Counted from the stretch's first letter, positions 14,606 through 28,949 are shown. The stretch is DNA of 64,000 bases from Eledone cirrhosa (GCA_964016885.1 OZ024741.1:338954001-339018000); one strand, 5' to 3'. Program-made: numbers and translations. The notes: generated by a model not told the origin, from the letters alone.

Positions 14606-15908
14606 CAGGGTGCGGACGATATTTGTTCGCAATTTTCAACTGCTAATTTTATGCAATTTTTTTTTACTCTGTTGTCACTCTTGTCTTCATAAAAACAGTG
14701 ACTATATTTCCATTATTTATTTTCAGAATAATTGATTATGAATAATTTTGAACCTCCAAATTTGTGGAAGAGACACAGAGTTCTTCTTGGAATCCACGCC
14801 GAGAGGACAAATAAGGAAATTTCAGACTTTCTCAGCGTCAGCAGGAGAATGGTGGAAAAGGTCAGAAAGGAATTGGAAGATTCAGGATTCAACTACGAAG
14901 CAACATCAGAGAGGAAAAACACATGATCGACGATCTGACGCCTTCAGAATGCCCGAGTTCGTTGCTGAAGTTCAGGATATCATCAACAATGAACTTAGCA
15001 AGTCGATGCGTGCCATTCCAAGGGAGAAAGGCGTGGATGAAAAGCTCATTAGGCTGGTGGTACATGAAAACATTCGCTATGTTTCATACAAGATGAGGAA
15101 AGGACAATTTCTGTTAAAGGCAATGCAATAAAAGCGACTGAAGCATGCAAAGAAGCTGATCAACAAGTTGAAACACCCGCTGGAGTCAGACATGCTGTGG
15201 TTTTTCTCCGATGAGAAAAACTTCTGCCAAGACCAGAAGATCAACTCCCAGAACAACAGGGGGCTAGCTGTCTCATCCAAAGACGTGCCCAGAGTCATGC
15301 AGACAAAGTTTCCAGCGACAACATTGGTCTTAGGTGTCGTCAGCAGTCAAGGTGACGTCATGCCACCTCGCTTCTTCCTTGAGGGCCTCAAGCTGAACAC
15401 CGATGGCTACATCCGCATTCCGAGCGAGGTAGTAAAGCCCTGGATCGACCAGGTAGCTGCAGGTAGGCCATACGTGTGGCAGCAAGACTCAGCGCCCTGC
15501 CATACCAGCCAAAAGACCCAAGCCTGGCTGTCAGAAAACTTCGTCAACCACACTTCACCTGACATCTGGCCTCCCAGCTCGCCTGACTGCAACCCCCTCA
15601 ACTTCTTTGTGTGGGGCGCAGTGGAATGAGACACCAACAGATCTAGCTGCAATACGAAAGACGATCTGAAGGCCAGGATTACAAGTGCCTTTAGGGGCCT
15701 AAGTCGGGGGACAGTGACGAAGGCCTGTAGCCGGTTCCGAGGCCGCCTTGAGGCCATCATCAAAGCCAATGGCGGGTTTATCGAGTGAGATCGAAAGAAC
15801 AAGTCATGAAGACAAACTGACCCAAGTTTGATAAATAAATCTTAAAAAATAAAACTACTGTGTTATTTTTCCTAGACAGTAATCTTGCGAACAAATATCA
15901 TTCGTACC

Positions 15909-15911
<3 letters not shown>
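14606..15911 (+). mobile_element. Full-length Tc1/mariner transposon, DD37D (maT-type), inactive
   Basis: About 27-bp TIRs CAGGGTGCGGACGATATTTGTTCGCAA / TTGCGAACAAATATCATTCGTACCCTG with TA on the right. FFSDEKNF...QQDSAPCH-(37 aa spacing)-SPDCNPL[N]; third Asp mutated; frameshift and stops. Confidence 0.92.
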
Positions 15912-15940
<29 letters not shown>

Positions 15941-15944
<4 letters not shown>

Positions 15945-18256
15945 GTACCTTGCAAAAAAGGGAAGCAGAGGATAGAAAGTTCAAGCATGTTCTACAATGT
16001 GAGGACCAAAAACGTGAGGTGTTCAGGATTGCTAGACAATGTGTCAAAAAAACCGTGATATTGTCGGGTAGAAGTGTGTCCATAATGATAATGGTGTACT
16101 TGCCCTCACTGATACTGATAAGAAGTTAGCTTGGAAGTGTCACTACGAGAGATTATTAAATGAGGAGAATAAGTGGGAAAAAAAAGTCTGCCCCAAATCG
16201 ATCCAATAGAAGGACCAGCAGTGCAAGTTAAAGGTAATATAATAAGTGAGGCAATCAAAGATATGAAGACAGGAGAGGCAGCTGGTCCTTCACAGATAGT
16301 TGCTGAGATGTTGAAGGCATCTGGAATGGTAGGACATACTATGGTCATCCGTATAGTTAACCAAGTAATACAGAATGGGGTCATACCAAAAGACTGGCAT
16401 AGCATCATCATCATTAACTGCTACAAGGGTAAAGGAGATGCTCTAAATAGGGGAAACTATAGAGGCATTAAGTTAGTTGACCAAGTCATGAAGGTCACAG
16501 AAAGAGTTATAGCGCAACTAATCAGAGAGCGAATTGATCTAGATGAAATGCAGTTTGGGTTTGTGTCAGGTAAAAGTACCACAGACGCTCTTTTCCTTGT
16601 ACGACAACTACAGGAAAACTACCTAGCTAAAAGTAAACCACTCTACTTAGCTTTTGTAGACCTGGAGAAAGCCTTTGACAGAGTCCCCCGCTCCATTATC
16701 TGGTGGGCTCTTAGAAAACTAGGTGTTGATGAATAGCTTGTGAGAGCTATACAAGCCATGTATAAAGAAACAGTCAGTAAGGTTAGAATTAACAATGAAT
16801 ATTGTGAAGAATTTAGTGTAAAAGTTGGTGTTCATCAAGGCTCTGTCCTTAGCCCTCTCTTATTTATTATTGTGCTTCAGGCTATAACAGAGGAGTTTAA
16901 GACCGGCTGCCCATGGGAACTCCTATACGCAGATGGTTTAACTCTCATACCTGAATCTATGGCTGAACTAGAGAAGAAATTCCAAACATGGAAGCATGGC
17001 CTAGAATCAAAAGGCCTTAAAGTTAACTTGTTTGTAGAAAGGAAAATAGGGACAGGTACTCTCACGGAAATTGCCATGCTCAGTGTGTAGGAAAGGAGTA
17101 GGCAGAAATTCCATTTTATGTCCCAAATGAAAATTATGGGTATATAAAAGATGTAGTGGGATCTCAGGTAAACTATCTAAGAACGTAGATTTTATATGTG
17201 GCCGATGCTCACGTGCAATAAGTAGCAAGTGCCCACAGGATACTAGCCCCTTCTATTGCCCGGATGGTTCTATACAAATAGTGGACACTTTCTGTTACTT
17301 GGGTGACAAAATCAACAGTGGTGGAGGGTGCTCTGAAAGTACAGTAGCCAGAGTCAGAACGGGATGAAAAAAGTTCAGAGAGCTTATACCGCTGTTGGCC
17401 ACAAAAGTTTTCTCTCTAAAAATGAATGCCTGTATACGAACAGCAATGCTACATGGCAGTGAGACATGGGCATTATGTGCAGAGGACCTGCGCAGACTGG
17501 AAAGGAATGAAGCATGCATGCTCTGATGGATGTGTAATAGTAATATACGTGAATGGCAAAGCATAAATGAACTAAGTGAGAAATTAGGAATAAAAGGGAT
17601 CAGATGCTGTTTACTTGAGAGAAGACTACGTTGGTATGGTCACGTGATGCGCATGAAAGATGGCAGCTGTATTAAAAAGTGCAGGGCGAAAAAATTGATG
17701 GTAGTTACGGAGTAGGTAGATCCAGAAAAACCTGGGACGATTTGATAAATTCCGACCTTACACACTTACACCTCTCTAAGACAATGTCACTGGACCGAGA
17801 TCTTTGGCGCTACGCAATAATACAGAAGACCCGCCTTGCCTAAGTACAAAGCGAAACCTACAGTCAGTAGGCACCTCTTAACCAAATGCACACCCCTACC
17901 CTATTCTCCCACTCCCACCAACACCACCCTCTCTCTGTAAAGTTGGTACCACAACATCCAGTCCAAATAAATTAGATAATGAGATTGAGATTGAGATCGT
18001 GTAGGTGTCACGACAAAAAAACACAGTCCACACTGTAATATGGTTGTGTAGGTAACAAGGTAAAAAGTTCCCAGTTCCACACTGTAAATGTGGTTGGTGT
18101 TAGGAAGGGCATCCAGCCATAGAAAACCTGCCAGATAGTCCTATATGAGCGAGACACGGTCACCCGACCAACCTTGCCTCAAGTGGGACAACTCCCGTCT
18201 AACCCATGCTAGCGTGGAAGATAGACGTTAAACGAAGATGATGATGATGATGATGA
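15941..18256 (+). mobile_element. RTE-clade LINE (family 1), 5'-truncated, degenerate
   Basis: RT motifs across ORFs 16173-17090 with frameshifts; 3'UTR and (GAT)n tail. Confidence 0.92.
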
Positions 18257-18697
18257 TATATATAGGTGGATTCACAATGTATATCAGGAGGTGACCACAG
18301 TTAAAAAAGGTGTTTGATATGTTAGTGGAGTATAGGCATCTTTATTTTATTATAGAAATGATTTCTACAGAACTAGAACTGTTTCATTCCTAAAAAAAAA
18401 AAAAATTATCAGAATGATTTCTATTGAATGAAACAGTTCTAGTCCTGTAGAAGTGATTTCTATAATAAAATAAATAAATAAATAAATATATATATATATA
18501 CACATACATATGTATATACACACACATACATACATATATATAAGCACACACATATATAAGCACATACATATATATAAGCACACACAGACACACATAATCC
18601 TTTCTGCTCAATTTCACATGCACAAACATTGCTTTTTAATGCGACAATGTTTTGTTGATAAGCAGGCAAACAAAGAACATTATATATATACATATAG

Positions 18698-18769
<72 letters not shown>

Positions 18770-18819
18770 CTATATATATATATATACATATATATACATA
18801 TATATACATTATTTGTGTG

Positions 18820-18884
<65 letters not shown>

Positions 18885-18937
18885 TTGTGTATATATGTAT
18901 TTATATATTTATATTTACACACACACACACGCATATA

Positions 18938-19039
<102 letters not shown>

Positions 19040-19614
19040 CACTGTAATCTGTCAGTCTACACAGGGTGTATAGATAATCTAACAGCTTAGCCATCACAAT
19101 TAATCTTATTGAACATTACTGAGGCATGTATATGTGAATTGATTTGGACTTATGGTGGAGCAGGGGTCGGGTGGGGTGGTGTTGGAGGGGGAAGGGCAAA
19201 TAATTATTTGTTGTTGCTGCTTTGTATTGGTGGTGGTGGTGGTGGTGGTTGTGGTGATGGTGTGTTAGTGGTGGTGGTAACGATGGTGTTGGTGGTAGTG
19301 GTGGTGATGGTGTTGTTGTTGCTGGTGTTTGTGGTGGTGGTAATGGTTGTGGTGGTGGTAGTGATGGTAGTGTTGATTGTGATGGTATAGATGGTAGTGG
19401 TGGTGGTGATGGTGGTGATGGTAGTAGTGAGTGTGATGGTGTTGACAGAAGTGGTGATGGTGATAGTGGTGGTAGTGGTAATAGTGATGGTGGTGTTTTT
19501 TTGTGTGTGTTTTTGAGTTTCTGTATCTGTTAGTGTGTTGGTGTTGTCAAAAATAGACACATTAGTAAATATACATAAATATATAATTATAGATAGACAG
19601 ACAGACTGGGAGAC

Positions 19615-19661
<47 letters not shown>

Positions 19662-20611
19662 ACACATAGTAATAATAATAAATTTGAAGACTAAAATCCA
19701 AAGAGGGCTCGATAAGGATGAATATATATCAAATATATAAGAACCGTAGAGCAAATATTTATTAAAATAACAGATTAAGTGTTTAAGCAAAGAATCGCTG
19801 CTTTCACCCTTAACGGGATCTTCTGAAACTAACAAAGTCAATCTGTAAACGCAGAACTGGATATTTCAAAAAACGTTGCAACCGGAGGAAGACAGGAAGA
19901 CGATACTTTGGTTCGTGGAACGTTCGCTGGCAAAGAACGGGAAAGAACGAATAATACGTCATCGCCGAGGTTGACTTTGCCTTTCATCCTTACGGGGTCG
20001 ATAAAATAAAGTACCAGTAATGCACTGGGTAATTGCTGGCCTTGTGCCTAAAGTAGAAACAATTAATAGGAACGGTGAAAAACAATTACGCGCAAAGACA
20101 GAACCACGTGTATGGTATAAAAGAGGTCGTAGACTAATGTTCTCTTAGGTGGTGCATAGAGACGTTCTCTGGCAATGAACGAAAAAACGAACATAATACG
20201 TCATATGTGGAGCGTGGAGAACAATAGCACGCAAAGACACAACCACGTAAATGGTATAGCAGAAGTCGTAGACTAAAATTCTAACTAGGAGACCAAATGA
20301 ATCTCCGCTACAGAGTTAAGAACAAAGTAAATAAATACAATACAGAAGTAATAGAAATAAATAAATGCATACACGCAAACAAATACGTACATACACAAGC
20401 ATACGCAAAAACTTACCATATGTATACAAAACCACGCACATATAAATATGTGTGTGTGTGTGTATGCGTGTATACAAATAAATAAATAATTATATAAACG
20501 TATATAAATAAATAAATACATATATAACAAGCGCACACACATACCTACATATAAATACACGAATATATATACATACAACACATATATATATATATATACA
20601 ACATATATATA

Positions 20612-22570
20612 TCATCATCATCATCATCGTTTAACGTCCATGTTCCACGCTTGCATGGGTTTGGACGGGAGTTTTCCCACTTGAGGCAAGAGTGGTTGTC
20701 TTGCTCGCATAGGACTGTCTGGCGGGTTTTCTACAGCTGGAAGCCCTTCCTAACACCAACCACATTTACAGTGTGGGACTGGAAGGTTTTTACCGTGTTG
20801 CCTACATGGCCACATTACAGCGTGGACTATGTGTTTTTTTATCGTGACACCTACACGATCTCATTTGTTTCGGCCTGGATGTTGTGGCACCAACATAACT
20901 TTACATTGAAAGGGGCGGTGTGGATGGGGTGGGGGTGGTGGGTCGGGGGTGTGTTTTGTTAGAGATGCCTACTGACTGTAGTAGGTTTCACTTTGTATTC
21001 AGGTAAGGCGGGTCTTCTCTATTACTGAGTACCGCCAAAGATCTCGGTCCAGTGACATTGTCTTGGAGAGGTGTAAGTGTGTGAGGTCGGAATTTATCAG
21101 GTCGTCCCAGGTTTTTCTGGGTCTGCCTACTCCGTGGCTACCGTCTATCTTTATTGCCCTGCACTTTTTTATACAGCTGTCGTCTTTCATGCGCATCACG
21201 TGACCATACCGACGTAGCCTTCTCTCGACTAAACAACATCTGATCCCTCTTATTTCTAATTTTTCCCTTAGTTCGTTTATGCTTTGCCGTTCACGTATAT
21301 TACTATTACACATCCAGCGGAGCATGCAAGCTTCATTCCTCTCTAGTCTGCATACATCCTCTGCACACAATGCCCAGGTCTCACTGCCATGCAACATTGC
21401 TGTTCGTATGCAGGCATCATACAGCCTGCCTTTCATTTTTAGGGAGAACCCTTTAGCGGCTAATAGTGGTATAAGCTCTCTGAACTTTTTCCATCCAGTT
21501 CTGACTCTAGCTACTGTACTTTCAGAGCACCCTCCCCCACTGCTGATCTTGTCACCCAGGTAACGGAAGCTGTCCACTATTTCTATAGAACCCTCTGCGC
21601 AATTGAAAGAGCTAGTATTTTGTGGGCACTTGCTGCTACTTATTGCACCAGAGCACCGGCCACATGTTAAATCTATGTTCTTAGTTAGCTTACCTGTGAT
21701 CCCACTACATCTTTTATGCACCTATACTTTGCATTTGGGACATAAAATGGAGTTTCTACCTACGCCTTTCCTACACACTGAGCATGGCCATTTCCCGGAA
21801 GGGACCGGCGCCTTATTTTCTTTCCTACAAACTAGAACTTTAGTCTTAGCCAGGTTAATTTTAAGGCCTTTTGATTCTAGGCCGTGCTTCTATGTTTGGA
21901 ATTTCTTCTCTAGCTCGGCCATTGATTCAGCTATGAGTGTCAGGTCGTCTGCGTATAGGAGTTCCCATGGGCAGCCGGTCTTGAACTCCACTGTTATAGC
22001 CTGTAGGGCAATAATAAATAGTAGGGGGCTAAGAACAGAGCCCTGATGAACACCAACTTTTACGCTAAACTCTTCACTATATTCGTTGTTAATTCTAACC
22101 TTACTGACTGTTTCTTTATACATGGCTTGTATAGCTCTCACAAGCCATTCATCAACACCTAGTTTTCTAAGAGCCCGCCAGATAATGGAACGGGGGACTC
22201 TGTCGAAGGCTTTCTCCAAGTCGATAAAAGCTAAGTATAGGGGTTTACTTTTAGCTAGGTACTTCTCCTGTAGTTGTCGTACAATGAAAAGAGCGTCTGT
22301 GGTACTTTTGCCTGACACAAACCCGAACTGCATTTCATCTAGATCAATTCTCTCTCTGATTAGTTGCGCTATTACTTTTTCTGTGACCTTCATGACCTGG
22401 TCGATTAATTTAATGCCTCTCTAGTTACTCCTATCTAGGGCGTCTCCTTTACCATTGTAACAGTTAATGATGATGCTGCTACGCCAGTCCTTCGGAACAA
22501 CCCCATTCTGTATGACTTGGTTTACTATCCGGGTGACCATGCTGTGTCCCACCGTTCCAGAAGCTTTCCG
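20612..22570 (-). mobile_element. RTE-clade LINE (family 1), 5'-truncated
   Basis: RT ORFs 21890-22393 and 20999-21721; (CAT)n tail at 20612. Confidence 0.92.
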
Positions 22571-22592
22571 TATATATATATATATATATATA

Positions 22593-22645
<53 letters not shown>

Positions 22646-22706
22646 ACACATATATATATATATATATACAACATATATATATATATAACAACATATATAT
22701 ATATAT

Positions 22707-22761
<55 letters not shown>

Positions 22762-22763
22762 AC

Positions 22764-22798
<35 letters not shown>

Positions 22799-22803
22799 CA
22801 ACA

Positions 22804-22837
<34 letters not shown>

Positions 22838-23504
22838 CAACATATATATATATATATATATACAACATATATATATATATATATATACAACATATATATA
22901 TATATATATATATCACAGAAAAAAGAGTATCAGTGTTGGAACGAAAGGAATTTATTGGACATATTACAAATGTTTCTCAGGCGACCAGCTTGAGGCACGA
23001 TCGATATGGTGATCATACCTGACTCTGAAATCTCTCGATCGTCGGATACGTCTCCATTCTACGAAGCAGATTTTCCTATAGTCCTTTAACATCGAATTTC
23101 TTCATTTGTTGATTTAGATCCTGTTTAAAAAATTCCCGCCAAACATTATTTACAATGACCGCCGCATACAGCAAAATTGCGGGTGTGTACCTGACCGCTG
23201 TGGAATAGGAGGCCTAGGGGCAATGAAGACGTTGAAGTGATGCCAGCCATTCAAGATTACAGCCCCTCTCCCACCACAGTAGTAATTCTGATATATGGAG
23301 AAATTTTGATTGACAAGTGGAGAACGAGAAGAACCAAGCAGTGGGCAACCATGAGTGGCTAGGAATACTGGTGACGTGTACAATTCTTGACCACTCATAA
23401 ATTCATTTCGTTGCAACACCGATTCTCTTTTTTCTGTAATACAAAACATCGAGTGCTCATATACGGCCTACCACATACGGACGCTTTAAGCATCCAACAC
23501 CAAT

Positions 23505-23535
<31 letters not shown>

Positions 23536-23551
23536 TAGATAGGAATATATT

Positions 23552-23582
<31 letters not shown>

Positions 23583-23943
23583 TATATAGGAAGATATATA
23601 TATATATATATATACATTTATAATATAGATAGATAGGAAGATAGATAGATATGTAGAGATAGATATGTTTCTTTATATAGATAGGTAGAGAGATAGATAT
23701 GTTTCTTTATATAGATAGGTAGAGAGATAAATATGTTTCTTTATATAGATAGGTAGAGAAATAGATATGTTTCTTTATATAGATAGGTAGAGAGATAAAT
23801 AAGTTGATAGATAAAAAGATAGATAGATAGGTAGGTAGATAGATAGTAGATTGATTGATAGATTGGTAGATACATAGTTTTGCAGATAGATAGATAGACA
23901 TGGAGGAAGGTAAATAGATAGAAAGATAGATAGATATATAGAT

Positions 23944-24676
23944 ATGTTTCTTTTATTTGCCACTAGGGCATCAAAAGTGGGACAAGTACAAAGGGGGGAG
24001 TTTACACAAAAAGGCGTCCTCAATAAGGAGGAGGCAATAACAAAATATAAAAATAAAATAAGATATAACAAAAAATAAAATTTATAACAAAATCCTCAAT
24101 AGAGAGGAGGCGCCTTGGGGGGTCGCACACACCCCCCGAAAAAAAAGTCTGCAACCCTTTTCCTCAGGAGCACAGAGAGGGGGTGCTCCCTCGTTCCTTC
24201 CTCTTTTCTACCTACAGGCTTATGTAAAGAGAAGGCCCATTCACACGGTCCATTCTCGCCACTTTCACCCACCTTTCATAAAAACGACTGGGTGCAGCAC
24301 CTCTCTCTGCATCCTGATCCTTCTTCCGAAATGATATCGGAAGAAACGGACCAGTTGTTGGCCAGAGAGAAAGGTGCCTGACCTCAGTCCTTTCAGACGC
24401 GTCCACCATACAACCTCTTTCGCCATGGCTATTACGCACAGAAACACCGCCTCTGCTTCATCTTTGAAGGGGGGAGGCGGCTTGATCATTACAATAGACT
24501 CGGTGGTCAACCGGATCGGTCCCACCCTTGACAGCAGTTGTTCGACATAGCCCCACAGATCGGCTACGCCCGAGCAGTGTACCAATGCGTGTGCAACGGT
24601 TTCCTCGTCGTACACGCATCTGGGACAGATCTTTTTGGCGGGGTCCCTACCCGGGCGCCCGTGTCTGTAGAGCCTT
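23944..24676 (-). mobile_element. L1/Tx1-clade LINE 3' fragment
   Basis: CPRCV..EETVAHALVHC zinc knuckle; 3'UTR ending AATAAAAGAAAC; flanked by (GATA)n. Confidence 0.85.
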
Positions 24677-24714
24677 TCTCAAACGGAGATATATAGATAT
24701 GTAGATAGATAGTT

Positions 24715-25500
24715 CACATACTCCCTCCACAACACTAATATCAAGAAGTCTTCTTGTCAACATGACCTGGGCATTACTGTCAGCAGTGATTTGCATTGGA
24801 CAAAGCACAACTCTAAAATTGTCAGGAAGGTTGAGGGTGTCTTTGGCATCACTCAGCAAGACCTTTGTCAGTCACTCTCCAGCTATCTATTTAAAATTGT
24901 ATATAATTATGGTGCGGCCACACTTAGAATTTGCATCACCAGTCTGGAACCCCTACCTTGCTTAGAACATTGACCTCCTGGAAACTGTTCAGAGATGTGC
25001 AACCAAGCGAATACCCTCTATCAGGCATCTACCATACTCTGAATGCCTTGTTTCCCAAAGTGTGGATACATTAAAGCTCCGACGTCTGGCAACTGACTTG
25101 GTAGACACCCACAAAATTATTAACCATCTTGCCAACAACAACCCTAAGCACCATTTTGAATTCCATGTGTCTAACACCCATGGAAATGCTTACAAAGCCA
25201 GAAAGCAGCACAGCTCCCATGACTTTTGGAAACATTTTTTCATGCTGAGAGTTGCTGAGGCAGGGAACAAATTACCTGCATCAGCTGTTAGCTGCTGGGT
25301 CACTGCATCCTTCAAAACATCCATGTTTCCCGCAATTCACCAACACTACACCTGATATTCTGCCTATACACATGCACACATGCATCTGTGCCTATACCTG
25401 ACTCGTACACTGTTCACTTTCCTTTTTTACATTATTCTGTGTCCTATACATGTACCTTTGATGAGTTGTAGTTCATTTGAGTACAATACACAATGATTTT
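24715..25500 (+). mobile_element. CR1-clade LINE 3' fragment
   Basis: LY..MVRPHLEFASPVWNPY, LETVQRCATK, LRRLATDL, HFF.LRV...NKLP. Confidence 0.85.
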
Positions 25501-25504
25501 CATT

Positions 25505-25860
25505 GACGACATGCTTTCCAGCATAGTTATGTCCCTTTACGGTCTGAGTTCAAATCCCGTCGAGGTTAACTTTGCCTTTCATCCTTACGGGGTCGATAAA
25601 ATAAAGTACCAGTAATGCACTGGGTAATTGCTGGCCTTGTGCCAAATATAGAAACAATTATTATTATCATTATTTGGATTGGCAGTATCGGTAGAGGGTC
25701 GGACGCCATGCTTTCAAGCATAGTTACGTCCCTTTATGATCTGAGTTCAAATCCGCCGAGGTTGACTTTGCCTTTCATCCTTACGGGGTCGATAAAATAA
25801 AGTACCAGTAATGCACTGGATAATTGCTGGCCTTGTGCCTAAAGTAGAAACAATTATTTA
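25505..25860 (+). mobile_element. Two tandem SINE family A copies
   Basis: Two consecutive B box + central domain + GTGCC.AAA.TAGAAACAATTA units. Confidence 0.88.
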
Positions 25861-25974
25861 TAGAGGTATATAGATAACCAGCAGAATAGATAGATAGACA
25901 GAGTTAGATAGATACGTAAGTAGATAGCTAGATAGATAGGTAGACAGACAGACAGCTAGGTAGAAAGATAGATA

Positions 25975-27063
25975 TATTTCTTTATTAGCCACAGGGGCAC
26001 AAAAGAAGGGGACAAATACAAAGTTTACATACAATAAAAACGTGTAAAATGTTATCACAGATGGAATTTAAAAGTTAGTCGATTTTCCCCAATAGAGGGA
26101 GACAGTTTATATGGGTAACACATACCCCCGAAAAAAAATGTGCAACCCTCATCTCCAGGAGTACGAAGAGCTTGTACTCCTTTCCTCTCCTCCTCCTTTT
26201 CCTCAACCTACAGGCTGATATAGAGAGAAGGCCCATTCACTCGGGCCATTCTCGCCACTTTCACCCACCTTTCATAAAACTTGCTGGGGTACAGCACCTC
26301 TCTCTCCATCCTGATTCTTCTTCCAAAGTGGTATTTGAAAAAAAGAATCAGTTGTTGGCCGGAGAGAAAGGTGTCTGACCTCAGCCCTTTCAACCTTGTC
26401 CACCATACAACCTCTTTCGCCATAGCTATCACACAAAGGAAAACCGCCTCTCCTTCGTTTTTGAAGGAGGGTGGCGGTTTGATCATGACAATGGACTCGG
26501 TGGTCAACTGGATTGGTCCCACCCGCGACAATAGTCGTTCTACATAGCCCCACAGGTCAGTGACGCCCGGGCAGTGTATGAATGCGTGCGCGACGGTTTC
26601 TTCGTCTCGCACGCACCTCGGACAGATCTTTTTTGCAGGGTCCCTGCCCGGGCGCCCATGTCTGTAGAGCTTGTCTCGAACTGGTAGAGCTCCTCGGTAG
26701 CACTGCCAGGCCAGGGACTTTTGGAAGTTGTCCATCGGTCCCGGGCGGAAGGTCCTACCGAACAGACTGGCCAGTTCATCTTCCTCCACGCCTAGAGTTT
26801 CACCGAGCGCGTCGTCGCACTTGCTGCGGACCAACCCTCTATAGAATGACGAAGTGGAGTCTCCACTGATCGCCGGGTCCGCCTGCCAGAGGGCTGTGAG
26901 CGCCTGAGCACATTCGATGTGCCAGTCGCCCATTTTCCTCGGTCTCTGCTTGACCCAGGACTGCAGCTCGGTCAGCGAGACGAGTCGTGGGAAGGCTCCC
27001 CTCACGAACGGGGCCCACAAGATATATAGCAATAGACAGCAGCTGCTCAACCACTGATCATCT
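25975..27063 (-). mobile_element. L1/Tx1-clade LINE 3' fragment, runs into assembly gap
   Basis: LAWQCYRGALPVRDKL...CPRCVRDEETVAHAFIHCP; homologous to 23944-24676. Confidence 0.88.
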
Positions 27064-27263
27064 NNNNNNNNNNNNNNNNNNNNNNNNNNNNNNNNNNNNN
27101 NNNNNNNNNNNNNNNNNNNNNNNNNNNNNNNNNNNNNNNNNNNNNNNNNNNNNNNNNNNNNNNNNNNNNNNNNNNNNNNNNNNNNNNNNNNNNNNNNNNN
27201 NNNNNNNNNNNNNNNNNNNNNNNNNNNNNNNNNNNNNNNNNNNNNNNNNNNNNNNNNNNNNNN
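27064..27263. other. Assembly gap (200 N)
   Basis: Run of N. Confidence 1.
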
Positions 27264-27881
27264 TGGTTGCATGAGTTGGATAGGTCCTTTTCAGCACAGC
27301 ATTTCCTCACTCACCACATTTCTTCATTATTTCCTCTTAGAGGCTCAGTGATTTGAGGTCAGCTCTCACTACATGTGCCCAGGTCTTTCTTGGTCTATCT
27401 CTACTGTAATTTCCTCTCACTGGCTTTTCCTGGCACTTCTTCACCTATCAGTCAACATATATATATATATATATATGTGTATATATATATATATACATGT
27501 TTGTGTATCAATATGCATGTATTCATTGTGTGTGTGTGATAAACTTAAAAGGTTTTTCTTTAGACACTCTCATGCACACACACACACATTTATATTGTAC
27601 ATACATTTGAGAAATAACCTTTAAAGTTTATTGATGTCAGAGTGTTAAATGATGATGATGATGATGTTGACGAGGATGACAGCGATGATGATGACGATGA
27701 AGACAATCATGACAACGATGATGGTGATGATGATGATGATGTTGACGATGATGATGACGATGATAATAATAATATATTATATACAAGCAGACCTGGCTGT
27801 GTGTTTAAGTAGTTTGCCTTACATCTACATAGATGTTCTAAAGCTCAGTGTCATACCATTGCTATGATTTTTGTACTATAC

Positions 27882-28760
27882 ATGAGGTGTATTCAAAAAG
27901 TATCCAACATTTGGGCATAAAGAAAAAATGTGTACACTCCACAAATTTTATTGAATCACCTTCCAAATACTTCCCTTGGGAATTCACATATTTCTCCCAA
28001 CAGTTCTGTCACATCTGGTAACACTTCTGGAATGCTAGGGAGCTTCGTCATCACTTTTTTCATAATTTCTTTTCACAACTCAAATCACTTCCCTTTCATC
28101 ATCATACAGTTTTTGATTATACAGGACACAATTAATCCCTAAGTAGAGGTGGGACCTGCCTGACAGCGCTCCTTAGCATCCCGCTCCATGTGTTTCTGTC
28201 TGCCAGTCTCACATGGACCAGGCCAAGCCTAGCTTGATCCCAACAGATATCCTCCATCCAAGTCCTTTCTGGTCTTCCTGGGTCTCTACTACCTCCTGGA
28301 TTGACATTCATCACTTTGTTGATCCAGCCCTCACTGCACTTGACATGGCCGTACTAGCACATGTGTCTCGTGTGAAGCACATCCTCAAGGTTGTCAATCA
28401 GCAGTCTTTTTAGGAGCTCAGTTGAGCTGACATCACCCTCAGTGTTCAACCACTCATTCAGCATGGTTTTCAGATTGAAAAAAATGCCAGAAGTGACACA
28501 GTGTCAAGTCGGGACAGTAGGGGGCCTGTTGCACATGTGATGCGTTGTTTTCAACCAGGGAAGCTTGGACTATGTGGGCAGAATGAATGGGTGTATTGTT
28601 GTGGTGAAGTGGCGAATGTTTTGTGGCCCAACTGTCTTGCCATTTCAATGCACAGCATCACAGAGGTGGTGTATAAGTTCCAGGTTGTACAGTCTTGTGG
28701 TGCATATTCATGATGGACAATACCACGGGAATCAAAGAAACAAGTCAACACTAGCTTTAC
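27882..28760 (-). mobile_element. Degenerate mariner relic interrupted by an RTE fragment (about 28135-28450)
   Basis: [10 protein letters not shown]...APYCPDLTLCHFW resembles HDNAPAH...PYSPDLAPCDFW; TIR-like GAGGTGTATTCAAAAAGTATCC. Confidence 0.7.
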
Positions 28761-28799
28761 ATTTTAACCACACAACCATGTATATTTCATATTCATCAC

Positions 28800-28863
<64 letters not shown>

Positions 28864-28895
28864 CATTCATATTCATATTCATATGAATATGTATA

Positions 28896-28949
<54 letters not shown>

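Noticed and set aside
26208-27310. ORFs spanning the N run
   Set aside because: Artefacts of translating through the gap.
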